Assembly (NCBI GenBank): GCA_963699545.1
Contig: CAVOUE010000003.1
Span: forward strand, 736,001 to 800,000
Direction: 5' to 3'
Length of the DNA: 64,000 bases
From: Nitrospirota bacterium
GTDB taxonomy: Bacteria > Nitrospirota > Thermodesulfovibrionia > Thermodesulfovibrionales > UBA9159
Below, in pieces: positions 1 to 10,428 of the stretch. Numbering within the stretch: the stretch's first letter is position 1; every line of letters begins with the position of its first letter. The notes under the pieces were generated by a model. It was given only the letters and a program-made list of their open reading frames with translations, was not told the origin of the DNA and made no database searches. Position numbers and translations under genes: made by a program.

Positions 1-2379
1 GCTCGTACGCTGCAGAAACGCAGACAGGAGCAGCGCCAGACCGCACCGTGCTGCCGATCCAGGAGCCGAAGCGGCCGGTGTACAAGGAGCTGGATGTACG
101 GAACGTGAAGATGCCGCCGCACTTTGAGGTCAAGGCGCCCACGGGAGCGCCGAACGTGGTTATCATCCTGATCGACGATCTGGGCTTCGGCGCGACTGAG
201 ACCTTTGGAGGTCCGATCCCCACACCGACGCTCGAGCGTCTGGCCAGGAACGGACTGCGCTACAACAACTTCCATACCACGGCACTGTGCTCGCCGACGC
301 GCGCCGCGCTCAAGTCCGGCCGCAACCACCACACCGTCAACATGGGTTTCATCACCGAGATGGCGACCGGCTTCCCGGGCGCCACCGGCCAGATCCCGAA
401 TGCAACAGCCCCGGTGGCGGAAATGCTGCGCCTGAACGGGTACAGCACCGCGGCGTTCGGCAAATGGCACGAGACCGCTGCATGGGAGACCAGCATCTCC
501 GGGCCCTTCGACCGCTGGCCCACGCACCAGGGTTTGGACAAGTTCTACGGCTTCATCGGCGGCGAGACGAACCAGTGGGCGCCGTACCTGTATGACGGCG
601 TCACCCAGGTCGAACTGCCGAATGATCCGAACTATCATTTCATGACCGACATGACCGACAAGGCGGTGGCCTGGATCAAGTACCAGAAGGCCATGACGCC
701 TGACAAGCCGTTCTTCGTCTACTTTGCGCCGGGCGCGACCCACGCGCCGCACCATGTGCCCAAGGAGTGGATCGCCAAGTGGAAAGGCAAGTTCGACCAG
801 GGATGGGACAAAGTGCGCGAGGAAACCTTCGCCCGGCAGCTCAAAATGGGGATAATCCCCGCAGGCACCAAGCTGGCTCCGAAGCCGGCTGCGATCAAGG
901 ACTGGGACAAGCTCTCCGATGACGAGAAGCGCCTGTTCAGGCATCAGGCTGAAGTGTTCGCCGCCTATCTTGATTACACCGATCATGAGATCGGCCGGAT
1001 GCTCGAAGCGGTCGCGGCGACCGGAGAGGCCGACAATACTCTCGTTTTCTACATCGCCGGCGACAACGGCACAAGCGGTGAAGGCGGCGAGAACGGCATG
1101 TTCAACGAGTACACGTACTTCAACGGCGTCCACGAGAAGGTCGAGGATATGCTGAAGGTGATGGACAAATGGGGATCGCCCGAGACCTACCCGCACATGG
1201 CCGCCGGCTGGTCGGTAGCCTTTGATTCGCCGTTCAGCTGGATGAAGCAGGTGGCCTCGGACTTCGGCGGCACCCGCAACGGCATGGTGGTCAGCTGGCC
1301 CAAGGGGATCAAGGCAAAGAACGAGATCCGCACCCAGTTCAGCCATGTGATCGACGTGGCGCCGACCATCCTGCAAGCGGCCAAACTGCCGGAGCCCAAA
1401 GTGGTTGACGGCACGCCGCAGATCCCTATGGAAGGCGTGAGCCTGGTCTATACGTTCGACAATGCCAAGGCCAAGGAGCGCCACACCACGCAGTATTTCG
1501 AGATCGCCGGCAACCGCGCCATCTACCACGACGGCTGGTACGCGCGCACCATCCACCGCGCGCCGTGGGAGCCCAAGCCGCGAACGGCACTGCGAGAAGG
1601 ATATCTGGGAGCTCTATGACCTGCGCAACGACTTCAGCCTGTCGAACGATCTGGCAGTCAAGAACCCGAAGAAGTTGAAGGAGATGCAGGCGCTCTTCAT
1701 GAAGGAAGGCGAGAAGTACCATGTCCTGCCCATCGATGATCGTGTGTTCGAGCGCCTCAATGGCCAGGCAGTGGGCCGTCCCGACATGATGGCCGGGCGC
1801 ACTTCGATAACCCTGGCAGAAGGCATGACCGGCATGATGGAGAGCGTCTTCCTCAACGTGAAGAACAAGTCCAATACCATCACGGCAGAAGTAGAAGTGC
1901 CGGCAAGCGGCGCGAACGGCACCATCTTTGCCCAGGGAGGCCGCTTTGGCGGATGGTCGTTGTATGTCAAGAATGGCATTCCCGCCTACGACTACAACTT
2001 CCTCGGCCTGCAGCGCTTCTCGATCGCTTCCACGAAGCCGCTTGCTCCCGGCAAGGCGACGATAAAGTTCGACTTCGCCTATGACGGCGGCGGGCCCGGC
2101 AAGGGCGGCATGGGGACCCTGTTCGTGAATGGGGAGAAGGTTGCGGAAGGGCGGATCGAGCATACCCAGGCCGGCATGTTCTCGGCCGACGAGACCGCCG
2201 ACGTGGGCATCGATCTCGGCACGCCGGTGGTCGAGGCGATCGGTTCAGAGACGAAGTCGAAGTTCACGGGCCATATCACGAAGGTGACGGTCGAGGTCAA
2301 GCCGATGAAGGCGTCGGACAAGGCGGAGGCGGAGAAGGGCCAGAAGGAAGCCGCCCGCAAGAAGGCGATGTCGGATTAA
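1..2379 (+). CDS. Arylsulfatase (Cys-type); 5' end lies outside the window; one frameshift near 1590 joins ORF 48..1619 to ORF 1462..2379
   Basis: PNVVIILIDDLG metal motif, CSPTR (CxPxR) formylglycine motif, FGKWH and GDNG. The frame is open from the window edge (SYAAETQTGAAPDRTVLP). The C-terminal WELYDL...DFS and beta-sandwich domain continue in the other frame. Confidence 0.9.
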
Positions 2380-2490
2380 GTTATGGGTGCATTATTTATG
2401 AAAAGGAGGTGAAAGCGAATTCGTTTCGAAGCATGAAGCACTGAAAGCTGCATACAAAAGCAGAATAGGATTTCAATTGAGGAGGAACAC

Positions 2491-4098
2491 ATGAAAACGA
2501 AATGGGCAGTAACGCTCGCCGTGATCATTGTCGGTCTGGTTTTCATCGCCTGCCCGGCATTTGCGGCAGCCAAACCCAACATCGTCATTATCTGGGGCGA
2601 CGACGTCGGTCAGTCCGACATCAGCGTTTACTCGCATGGTCTGATGGGCTTCAAGACGCCCAACATCGACCGCATTGCCAAGGAAGGGATGATGTTTACC
2701 GACATCTATGCCGAGCAGAGCTGCACCGCCGGCCGGTCGTCGTTCATCACCGGCCAGTCGGGCTTGCGCACCGGCAATACCAAGGTTGGTCTGCCGGGCG
2801 CTACGTTAGGGTTGCAGAAGGAAGACCCGACGATTGCCGAGTTGCTCAAACCTCTCGGATATGCAACCGGTCAGTTTGGCAAGAACCATCTGGGTGATCG
2901 CAATGAGTTCCTGCCCACGGTGCACGGTTTTGACGAGTTCTATGGCAATCTGTACCACCTGAATGCCGAGGAAGAGCCGGAACTGCCCGACTACCCGAGG
3001 CCTCCCGCGTTCCCCAACTTCCGCGAAAAGTTCGGACCGCGTGGCGTGATGGACTGCAAGGCCTCGGACAAGGACGATACAACCGTGGAACCGCGCTTCG
3101 GCAAGGTCGGCAAGCAGGTCTGCACGGACACCGGACCCCTGACAAAGAAGCGGATGGTAACGATCGACGATGACATAGCCAACCGGGCGGTGGACTTTAT
3201 CCAGCGGCAGAATAAGGCCGGCAAGCCGTTCTTTGCGTGGGTCAACTTCACCCACATGCACTTCCGTACCCACACCAAGCCGGAGAGCATCGGCCAGTCA
3301 GGGCGTTTTCAGAGCCCGTACCACGACACTATGATCGACCACGACAAGAACGTTGGGCAGGTGCTTAAGGCGCTGGACGATTTGGGCATCGCGGACAACA
3401 CCTTTGTCATGTACAGCACTGACAACGGCCCGCACATGAACAGCTGGCCGGATGGAGCGATGACACCGTTCCGTAACGAGAAGAACTCGAACTGGGAAGG
3501 GGCCTACCGGGTGCCTGCAATGGTGCGCTGGCCGGGCAAGATCAAGCCGGGCAGTGTGTCCAATGAGATGGTCGCCCACCTCGACTGGTTGCCGACTCTT
3601 CTGGCCGTGGCCGGCGACACTGAAGTTAAAGATAAGCTGCTCAAAGGCTATAAGGTCAGGGACATGACTTACAAGGTCTATCTCGACGGCGACAACCTCG
3701 TGCCTTACCTGACCGGTAAAGCCGAGAAAAGCCCGCGGGACTCGTTCTTCTACATTAACGACGACCAGCAACTGACAGGTCTGCGCTACGACAACTGGAA
3801 GTTCGTGTTTATGGAGCAGCGGGTTGAAGGGACTCTGCGTATCTGGGCAGAGCCATTCGTCACATTGCGGGTGCCGAAGATTTTCAATCTCCGCACCGAC
3901 CCGTACGAGCGCGCTGACATTACCTCGAACACATACTACGACTGGCTTTTGGAGCACGCCTTCCTGTTCGTGCCCGCACAGAACTACGTGGGCCAGTTCC
4001 TGATGACCTTCAAGGACTACCCGCAGCGGCAGAAGGCGGCCAGCTTCAACTTGAATGAAGTGATGGATAAGCTGAAGGAAAGCGGCGGGTCAAAGTAA
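2491..4098 (+). CDS. Arylsulfatase, secreted
   Basis: Signal peptide, KPNIVIIWGDDVG, SCTAGR active-site motif, FGKNHLG, STDNG, FNLRTDPYE; RBS GAGGAGG upstream. Confidence 0.9.
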   Translation: MKTKWAVTLAVIIVGLVFIACPAFAAAKPNIVIIWGDDVGQSDISVYSHGLMGFKTPNIDRIAKEGMMFTDIYAEQSCTAGRSSFITGQSGLRTGNTKVGLPGATLGLQKEDPTIAELLKPLGYATGQFGKNHLGDRNEFLPTVHGFDEFYGNLYHLNAEEEPELPDYPRPPAFPNFREKFGPRGVMDCKASDKDDTTVEPRFGKVGKQVCTDTGPLTKKRMVTIDDDIANRAVDFIQRQNKAGKPFFAWVNFTHMHFRTHTKPESIGQSGRFQSPYHDTMIDHDKNVGQVLKALDDLGIADNTFVMYSTDNGPHMNSWPDGAMTPFRNEKNSNWEGAYRVPAMVRWPGKIKPGSVSNEMVAHLDWLPTLLAVAGDTEVKDKLLKGYKVRDMTYKVYLDGDNLVPYLTGKAEKSPRDSFFYINDDQQLTGLRYDNWKFVFMEQRVEGTLRIWAEPFVTLRVPKIFNLRTDPYERADITSNTYYDWLLEHAFLFVPAQNYVGQFLMTFKDYPQRQKAASFNLNEVMDKLKESGGSK

Positions 4099-4123
4099 GG
4101 TCTGTAAAGCCGACGCTAACCAT

Positions 4124-4155
4124 CTGCGGCCGACTGTATCCTGCGTCGGCCGCAG
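4124..4155. terminator. Intergenic stem-loop (11-bp perfect stem, no U-tract)
   Basis: CTGCGGCCGAC-N10-GTCGGCCGCAG between the sulfatase and HAD genes. Confidence 0.55.
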
Positions 4156-4174
4156 TATGGGAGAGGAGTATTAG

Positions 4175-5839
4175 ATGAAATCAAATCGCACTTATTTTAG
4201 ATTAAGCCGTTTGGCAGCTTTGACTCTTTGTGTACTGCTGCTGGCAGTCGTTGGGGCGTACGCCCAGAAAGACCCGCTGCCCTCATGGAACGACGGCAAG
4301 GCCAAGCAGTCCATCCTCGACTTCGTCGAGAAGGTGACGAAACCCGGCTCGCCGGATTTCGTGCCTGTCCCCGAACGCATCGCCACGTTTGACAACGACG
4401 GAACGCTCTGGTGCGAGCAGCCGCTGCCCGTTCAATTGTATTTCGCGCTCGACCGTGTGAAGGCGCTTGCGCCGCAGCATCCGGAATGGAAGGACAAGGA
4501 ACCGTTCTCCTCGCTACTCAAGGGTGATTTGAAAACCGCGCTCGCCGGCGGCGACCACGCGATCCTGGAACTCTTCATGGCCACGCACACGGGCATCACC
4601 ACGGCAGAGTTTGAGACGATCGTCAAGGACTGGATCGCGACCGCGAAGCATCCGAAGACCGGGAAGCTCTACACCGAGATGGTCTATCAGCCGATGCTCG
4701 AAGTGCTCGCCTACCTGCGGGTGAATGGTTTCAAAAACTTCATCGTCTCCGGCGGCGGCATCGAGTTCATGCGCCCGTGGACGGAGAGGGTTTATGGCAT
4801 CCCGCCGGAACAGGTCATCGGCAGCAGCATCAAGACAAAGTTTGAACTGCGCAACGGCAAACCCGTCCTCGTGCGTCTGCCGGAATTGAACTTCAACGAC
4901 GACAAAGGCGACAAGCCGGTTGGCATCAACCTGCACATTGGCCGCCGTCCTATCGCTGCCTTCGGCAACTCCCGTGGCGACAAAGAAATGTTGGAATACA
5001 CGCAGGGCGGCAGCGGCCCGCGGGTCGAGCTGCTGGTGCTGCACGATGATGCGACGCGCGAATACGCCTACGGTCCGGCCCTGGGATTGCCCAACCCCAA
5101 ACTTGGTGCCTTCACTCAGGAGCTTTACGAGCAGGCGAAGAAAGATGGTTGGACCGTGGTCAGCATGAAGAATGATTGGAAACAGGTCTTCCCGTTCGAG
5201 CAGGCCCCGGTTACGGCCATTGACATCTTGCTGGAACCGGATGCCACGATGCTCCAGCATTCCGCCGACAACAACGCGCGCCTTCTCGCGGTCTTCCCGA
5301 AAGGTTTCGCCCTGGATGCGACGCATCGTCCGCACATCACGATGATTCAGCGTTACGTCCGCACCGCCGACCTCGATCAGGTCTATGCCGCCGCCGGCCA
5401 GGTTCTCGCCCGCGCCAATGTGACCGGAATGAAGCTGGAGGCCTTCAAATACTACTACATCCCAAGCAAGGCCATTGGCTTGGCGGGCATTGTTGCGAAG
5501 CCGACGCCTGAATTGCTCAAACTGCAAGCGGACCTGATTGCCGCCGTGGCTCCGTTTACGGTGGAAACCGGAGACTCGTCCGCGTTCGTCACAACGCCCG
5601 ATGATCCGATCATTGACCCGATGTTGATTGAATACGTTTCGACGTTTGTTCCGAAGGCTTCCGGCGAGCATTTCAATCCGCACGTGACCACCGGCGTTGC
5701 CCTCCGGGAATACCTCGACCAAATGCTGGCCGAACCGTTTAAGCCGTTCACCTTCTCGCCCGCGGGCGCGGCCGTTTACCAACTCGGCCAATTCGGCACG
5801 GCCGCGAAGAAACTCAAAGAATGGGATTTGGAGCCTTGA
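4175..5839 (+). CDS. Secreted HAD-family phosphatase fused to a C-terminal 2H-phosphoesterase (2'-5' RNA ligase-like) domain
   Basis: Signal peptide; DPLPSWN; HAD motif [15 protein letters not shown], FGNSxGD. The C-terminal ~200 aa has two HxT motifs (PHITM, PHVTT). Confidence 0.8.
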   Translation: MKSNRTYFRLSRLAALTLCVLLLAVVGAYAQKDPLPSWNDGKAKQSILDFVEKVTKPGSPDFVPVPERIATFDNDGTLWCEQPLPVQLYFALDRVKALAPQHPEWKDKEPFSSLLKGDLKTALAGGDHAILELFMATHTGITTAEFETIVKDWIATAKHPKTGKLYTEMVYQPMLEVLAYLRVNGFKNFIVSGGGIEFMRPWTERVYGIPPEQVIGSSIKTKFELRNGKPVLVRLPELNFNDDKGDKPVGINLHIGRRPIAAFGNSRGDKEMLEYTQGGSGPRVELLVLHDDATREYAYGPALGLPNPKLGAFTQELYEQAKKDGWTVVSMKNDWKQVFPFEQAPVTAIDILLEPDATMLQHSADNNARLLAVFPKGFALDATHRPHITMIQRYVRTADLDQVYAAAGQVLARANVTGMKLEAFKYYYIPSKAIGLAGIVAKPTPELLKLQADLIAAVAPFTVETGDSSAFVTTPDDPIIDPMLIEYVSTFVPKASGEHFNPHVTTGVALREYLDQMLAEPFKPFTFSPAGAAVYQLGQFGTAAKKLKEWDLEP

Positions 5840-5856
5840 GGCATCGAACGGCTTCG

Positions 5857-6249
5857 ATGAAAAAGTTACTCACAATGACAGCAGTGATTGAGTTGGGAGC
5901 CGGCCTAGGGCTTGTAGTGGCGCCATCGGCACTGGTATCGGTGTTGATCGGCGCATCACTCGACACGCCCGGCGGGTTGGTCGTCGGGCGTTTGGCCGGA
6001 ACAGCGCTGCTTACCCTGGGTATCGCCTGCTGGCTCGCGCGTCACGACGGGCAGGGCCGTGCAGCGACAGGGTTGGTTGCAGGGATGTTGCTCTATAACC
6101 TCGGTGCCGTCGCAATCCTCGCTTTTGGAGGTCTCGGCTCGGGGCTGGCCGGTGTCGCCTTGTGGCCGGCAGTTGTCCTTCACGCGGCGATGGCTGTCTG
6201 GTGCATCGTGTGCCTTATGGGAAGACCAACAAAATTCAGCAGTACATGA
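5857..6249 (+). CDS. Small 4-TM membrane protein, unknown function
   Basis: Hydrophobic ORF from ATG 5857 ([17 protein letters not shown]...). Confidence 0.7.
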   Translation: MKKLLTMTAVIELGAGLGLVVAPSALVSVLIGASLDTPGGLVVGRLAGTALLTLGIACWLARHDGQGRAATGLVAGMLLYNLGAVAILAFGGLGSGLAGVALWPAVVLHAAMAVWCIVCLMGRPTKFSST

Positions 6250-6276
6250 ACAAGAAACGGCGAGAGTCCTCGTTTA

Positions 6277-6675
6277 TCAGGCAAGGGTGACAAACCCCTG
6301 CTCTTTAAAATGGTTATCAAAGGCAAAAACAGATCTTATTCCCGAGGAGCGCATGAACTCGAAGCTGACACAGTCCACAAGACTGAGCGAGCGTCTGGAT
6401 GCGGACAGAAGGGCGGAGATGCCGGAGCGGTGCATCTCCGGGGAAACAAACTCAACATTGATAAGCGGGAGGATATCCTCTTGAAATCCCCGCACGGCAT
6501 CCACGCCAATGCGATTCTGCAAAAGGGCAAAGGTTTCTACGAGGATGTAATTGCTGGTAACAAGGGTATGCTCGGCCCCGAGAAGATCAGTCCATGCCTT
6601 CTTCGCCTTGTGATGATTGGCATCATCCCTGTCGAGCAGGGCATAGAAAGCGGATGTGTCGATGAAGATCCTCAT
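6277..6675 (-). CDS. vapC: PIN-domain toxin (VapC family)
   Basis: IFIDTSAF, LVETF, SLVDCVSF and FAFDNHF PIN motifs; overlaps the upstream antitoxin by 4 nt. Confidence 0.9.
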   Translation of the reverse strand: MRIFIDTSAFYALLDRDDANHHKAKKAWTDLLGAEHTLVTSNYILVETFALLQNRIGVDAVRGFQEDILPLINVEFVSPEMHRSGISALLSASRRSLSLVDCVSFEFMRSSGIRSVFAFDNHFKEQGFVTLA

Positions 6676-6920
6676 CTACGGAATGCTTCCGCAAGGTATT
6701 TATCGTGTTTTCTCGAAACATCGCGCTTTCCGGAGCTGAATTTGCCGACGATCTCAGTCGCTCTCTTGCGTCTCTCTTCGGGCTCAGCCGCAGTGCCTGA
6801 TTTGATCATGGCATTAACAGCACGCCGTATTAGCTCGGCGCCTGACACGTGCCGTGATGCGGCCATTTTCTTAATGACCTTTACCTGTTCTTCCGTCAGT
6901 TGTATCTGTGTTCTGACCAT
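6672..6920 (-). CDS. vapB: CopG/RHH antitoxin (VapB-type)
   Basis: MVRTQIQLTEEQ...SGAELIRRAV ribbon-helix-helix; DVSRKHDKYL tail; RBS GGAGG. Confidence 0.85.
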   Translation of the reverse strand: MVRTQIQLTEEQVKVIKKMAASRHVSGAELIRRAVNAMIKSGTAAEPEERRKRATEIVGKFSSGKRDVSRKHDKYLAEAFRR

Positions 6921-6932
6921 TGAAGCCTCCTA

Positions 6933-6981
6933 TGATTACAGTTTTGATAACATGATAACATACCGAAGAAATGATGGTCAA
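6933..6981 (-). promoter_or_regulatory. vapBC promoter with tandem 8-mer repeats (putative antitoxin operator)
   Basis: Minus strand TTGACC-18-TATCAT with an extended TG. TGATAACA occurs twice (6945-6960) and TGATTACA once (6933-6940). Confidence 0.55.
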
Positions 6982-7206
6982 GAAGGACGGTGGTAAGTGA
7001 CTAAGAGTCAAGGGACGAGACGGGGGTTGAGACATGTTACAATGTTGCAGTAACTTTGTGGATGAAGTTGACACCGGACATTCAGATTGTCAGGGGTGCG
7101 CAGAAGGAGAACCGCCAGTGTTGAGACTGCCCTGCAATGATGCGATCATAACAGGCGCGCTTTTTTTAGGAACCTGTCATCTTAAAAGAGGAGGGAGACG
7201 CTTCAC

Positions 7207-8682
7207 ATGAGCAGGAAAAAGATCATCCTGATTACCGCGATCGCCGTTGTGGTGGTATTCATTGCATTGTCCATTCCCGGCAAGGATATTCCTCAAATGA
7301 GCGGAGCCGGGAATACCCCTTTTGCCTGGAACCGGAATCAAATGTGGCAGGCCCTTGAAAGCAGCTTTCGGGATGCCCGCACCGTCGGATGTCCAGGCAT
7401 TGAATCCGGGATAAGGACGCGCCTTCAGGAAGGGGACCGGCAGCTTGCCGTAATGGTCCGGCAGCAGTTTCAGGCCACTGACCCTTTCTTTGAAGGAGTG
7501 GAGAAGAATCTCTTCAGTTTGGGACCGCTCGTCGCTGCCTGTCCGGAAAAGATAGACAAGTATACAAAGCTTGTGACCTCTCTGCGGGATGAGGTGAAGC
7601 TGCAATCAAAGACATGGGATGTCCGCGACAGGAACGTGCGCGACCGCCTGTACCGTTTGCTATACGGGGGCAGGGCCGCTGTTGAGGAGGTCATGCTGCA
7701 GGCGTCGACGGTCTCACTGCCCATGGTCGTCCATGGCCGGAATGAACCGTCCTCCACTCCGTCTTTCACTCGCTCAGGGGTGGAGTTTCACAGTGGTGAC
7801 ATCCTTGCATCGAGGGGAGGCGCTCCCACTTCAGCACTCATAGCCCGGGGCAGCGATTATCCCGGGAACTTCTCTCATATCGCGCTTCTCTATGTGGATG
7901 AGGCCACGGGCACGCCGAGCCTTATCGAGGCTCACATAGAACGTGGAGTCGTACTATCAACACTCGATGAGTACCTGAAAGATGTGAAGCTCCGCATCAT
8001 GGTGCTGCGTGTCAGATCTGATCACCCGCTCCTGGCGAAAGACCCCTTGCTTCCCCATCGCGCCGCAAAGAAAGCCTATGATGAGGCGAGGCAGCGGCAC
8101 ATCCCCTATGACTTCGCAATGAACTTCCGTGAGCCGTCCGAGAGATTTTGCTCCGAGGTGGCGTCTCACGCATATAGTTCGCTTGGAGTGACCCTCTGGA
8201 ACATAATAACTACGATGTCGTCGCCGGGACTTGTGAACTGGCTGGCTGAGTTCGGTGTCCGTTATTTTGAGACGCAGGCTCCTGCCGACCTGGAGTATGA
8301 TCCCCAGCTCGTGGTGGTGGCGGAATGGCGGGATATGGGCGCCCTCTGGGACGATCACGTGGACAACGCGGTCACGGACGCGATGCTTGAAGGCGCCGAC
8401 CGCGGTGACCGCCTCAGCTATGACTGGTATCTCCTTGCACCGGCCCGGATGGTGAAGGCATACAGTGTGGTGTTGAACCTCTTCGGCAAGGTCGGTCCTA
8501 TCCCTGAGGGCATGGACGCCTGCACCGCCCTGAAGAGCGAGTGGCTTGACAAGGTGCATAAGAAAACAAAGCGGAGAGTTCTTGCAGCGGCAGGCTCATT
8601 TCAGCAAAAAAATGGATACCGCCCGCCCTACTGGGAACTGGTGAAGATGGCTGAGCAGGCATACCGTCAGAACTCACCGTAG
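7207..8682 (+). CDS. YiiX/YebB-like permuted papain-like (NlpC/P60) hydrolase with N-terminal membrane anchor
   Basis: SGDILASRG...GNFSHIAL (His) precedes PYDF...FCSEV (Cys), the permuted catalytic order. Confidence 0.75.
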   Translation: MSRKKIILITAIAVVVVFIALSIPGKDIPQMSGAGNTPFAWNRNQMWQALESSFRDARTVGCPGIESGIRTRLQEGDRQLAVMVRQQFQATDPFFEGVEKNLFSLGPLVAACPEKIDKYTKLVTSLRDEVKLQSKTWDVRDRNVRDRLYRLLYGGRAAVEEVMLQASTVSLPMVVHGRNEPSSTPSFTRSGVEFHSGDILASRGGAPTSALIARGSDYPGNFSHIALLYVDEATGTPSLIEAHIERGVVLSTLDEYLKDVKLRIMVLRVRSDHPLLAKDPLLPHRAAKKAYDEARQRHIPYDFAMNFREPSERFCSEVASHAYSSLGVTLWNIITTMSSPGLVNWLAEFGVRYFETQAPADLEYDPQLVVVAEWRDMGALWDDHVDNAVTDAMLEGADRGDRLSYDWYLLAPARMVKAYSVVLNLFGKVGPIPEGMDACTALKSEWLDKVHKKTKRRVLAAAGSFQQKNGYRPPYWELVKMAEQAYRQNSP

Positions 8683-8687
8683 AGCGA

Positions 8688-8987
8688 TCACCGGAAAAAC
8701 AAGTTCCCGTTAATGTCGACGCATGTGTCCCGCACGTAGTCGTTGTCGTGAAAACAGCCGATACACCTCCCCCGGCAATCAAGATACATGGAATTGCAGA
8801 CTTGGGCGCCGATGACGACATCAAAGACCATAACGGTTCCCAAATTCCACTGGCTCCCCGCCGCGTAACACTCGACGGATATGCCTTCATCGGCAGACAG
8901 GGGCGCTGCCATGCCTATCAGCGCCAGCAAGAACAAGACGGTCATCCCCGGTATGACCCGCAGCCTGCGAAGAGTGTGTCTCTTCAT
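8688..8987 (-). CDS. Small secreted 6-Cys protein, unknown function
   Basis: Signal peptide followed by a ~65-aa mature part with six Cys; RBS AGGAGG. Confidence 0.65.
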   Translation of the reverse strand: MKRHTLRRLRVIPGMTVLFLLALIGMAAPLSADEGISVECYAAGSQWNLGTVMVFDVVIGAQVCNSMYLDCRGRCIGCFHDNDYVRDTCVDINGNLFFR

Positions 8988-9015
8988 TGTTGCCCCTCCT
9001 GTGTAAACTATCCTC

Positions 9016-9447
9016 TCATCGAACGGACGATTTCTTCTCCTGCTTCTTCCCCGTTGTCTCTGTCAGTTTCTCCTTGCATGCCGGAGAAAGTTCAGCGGCA
9101 TGTCCCTCCAGACATTGAGCGATGCGCCCTCCGCCGGGCTGAATATCTTTGCAGAATTTCCTTACGTCTTCCGCACATGCCTGCTGAGCTTCGTCATATT
9201 TTCTCTTCAGCTCCGTGAACTTCTCCCTGCATTCGGCGGACAATTCCTTTTCATGTGCCTTCAGACACTTGGCAAGGCGACCCTCTCCGGGTTTCACGTC
9301 CTTACAGAACCTGGCAATTTCCTCGGCACACGGACGTTGCTCTTCGGCATACGCATTCATCCATAGCCCGGCGCTTCCGCACAGCAGGGCAAGGGCGGGG
9401 GCAAGCAACAACCCTTTCATCCTCAACAGCCTCACGATCTTCCTCAT
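9016..9447 (-). CDS. Secreted cysteine-rich repeat protein (Cys_rich_FGFR/GLG1-like, two repeats)
   Basis: Two tandem units, CAEEIARFCKDVKPGEGRLAKCL...LSAEC and CAEDVRKFCKDIQPGGGRIAQCL...LSPAC. Confidence 0.8.
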   Translation of the reverse strand: MRKIVRLLRMKGLLLAPALALLCGSAGLWMNAYAEEQRPCAEEIARFCKDVKPGEGRLAKCLKAHEKELSAECREKFTELKRKYDEAQQACAEDVRKFCKDIQPGGGRIAQCLEGHAAELSPACKEKLTETTGKKQEKKSSVR

Positions 9448-9568
9448 CTTTCCTCTTTGTCTATTGCATTGTTCGGCATTGTCCGGCGTCCCGGTGTTTG
9501 CTATTAGGCATAACAGAGTGAGCTTAAATTACCACTGCTCATCCCGGAAACAGAGCGCAGGAACTCTT

Positions 9569-10273
9569 CTACTCTCCGAGATCGGGCCTGTAGAGCGTTA
9601 CAAGCCGGGAGACCAGCACCGCGATAAAGAAAACTCCGGTGATCCCCTCCAAAATGGCGAGCGAGCGTGCTAAACCGGAAACCGGAGTGATATCTCCAAA
9701 TCCAATGGTGCAAAGCGTGACAAAGCTGAAATAAATGAAATCAGGAGCATCCTTTGCCGCTGGTGATGACGCGGCACTGCCGGTTGAGAAGGCCTCCGGC
9801 TGGAATTCGAATACCAGCCCATAGAGGGAAGCCCAGGCAAGCCCGATCAACAGGTAAACGCTGACTGCTCCATAGATCTTGTCTTTTGTGACCTCCCGGC
9901 CACGCAGAACGTATCCCAGTATCCGTATAAGCGTGAAGACATAGAACGCCGCAAGGGAAAGTATTACCGGAAGATCGAAGGACAGCACAGTAGGAATATC
10001 GAGGCCGGGCGGGCGAAAAATCATCGTTGTTCCCGCCAGGAGCGTGTTGAGAATACCGATCGAGACCGCGGTCGCGATATGTCTCTTCGAGTCACCGACC
10101 GCGTATACTCCGGTGATCAGCGTCATCGTATTCAGCGCCAGGATCAGAAGGGGTCTTTCGGTGACATAATGATAGGACAACAGGAGAATTATCAGGAAAA
10201 GCATGAGGAAGTGACAGCGTTCCTTGATCCGCCTGGGAAATTGCTGGGTTTCCACCTTCCGTTCCTCTGTCAC
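9569..10273 (-). CDS. Potassium channel family protein (Ion_trans_2)
   Basis: YFSFVTLCTIGFGDITP pore/selectivity-filter motif; multiple TM helices. Confidence 0.85.
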   Translation of the reverse strand: MTEERKVETQQFPRRIKERCHFLMLFLIILLLSYHYVTERPLLILALNTMTLITGVYAVGDSKRHIATAVSIGILNTLLAGTTMIFRPPGLDIPTVLSFDLPVILSLAAFYVFTLIRILGYVLRGREVTKDKIYGAVSVYLLIGLAWASLYGLVFEFQPEAFSTGSAASSPAAKDAPDFIYFSFVTLCTIGFGDITPVSGLARSLAILEGITGVFFIAVLVSRLVTLYRPDLGE

Positions 10274-10428
10274 CGTCTTTTCCCCATATCTTCAATTATA
10301 AGGTCTCTTTCTGTTTTTGGCAAAAAAGATGGCTTTCTGGAAAAAACAACTACAAAATAGTAATATGGATAGGCAGCCAAGCCATAATGAAGAATAATCC
10401 TTATCATCGTCAAAGGGAAGTGAACGTT

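Noticed and set aside
6990-7200. Riboswitch or ncRNA upstream of the NlpC/P60 gene
   Set aside because: No recognisable aptamer consensus; only a short T-run.
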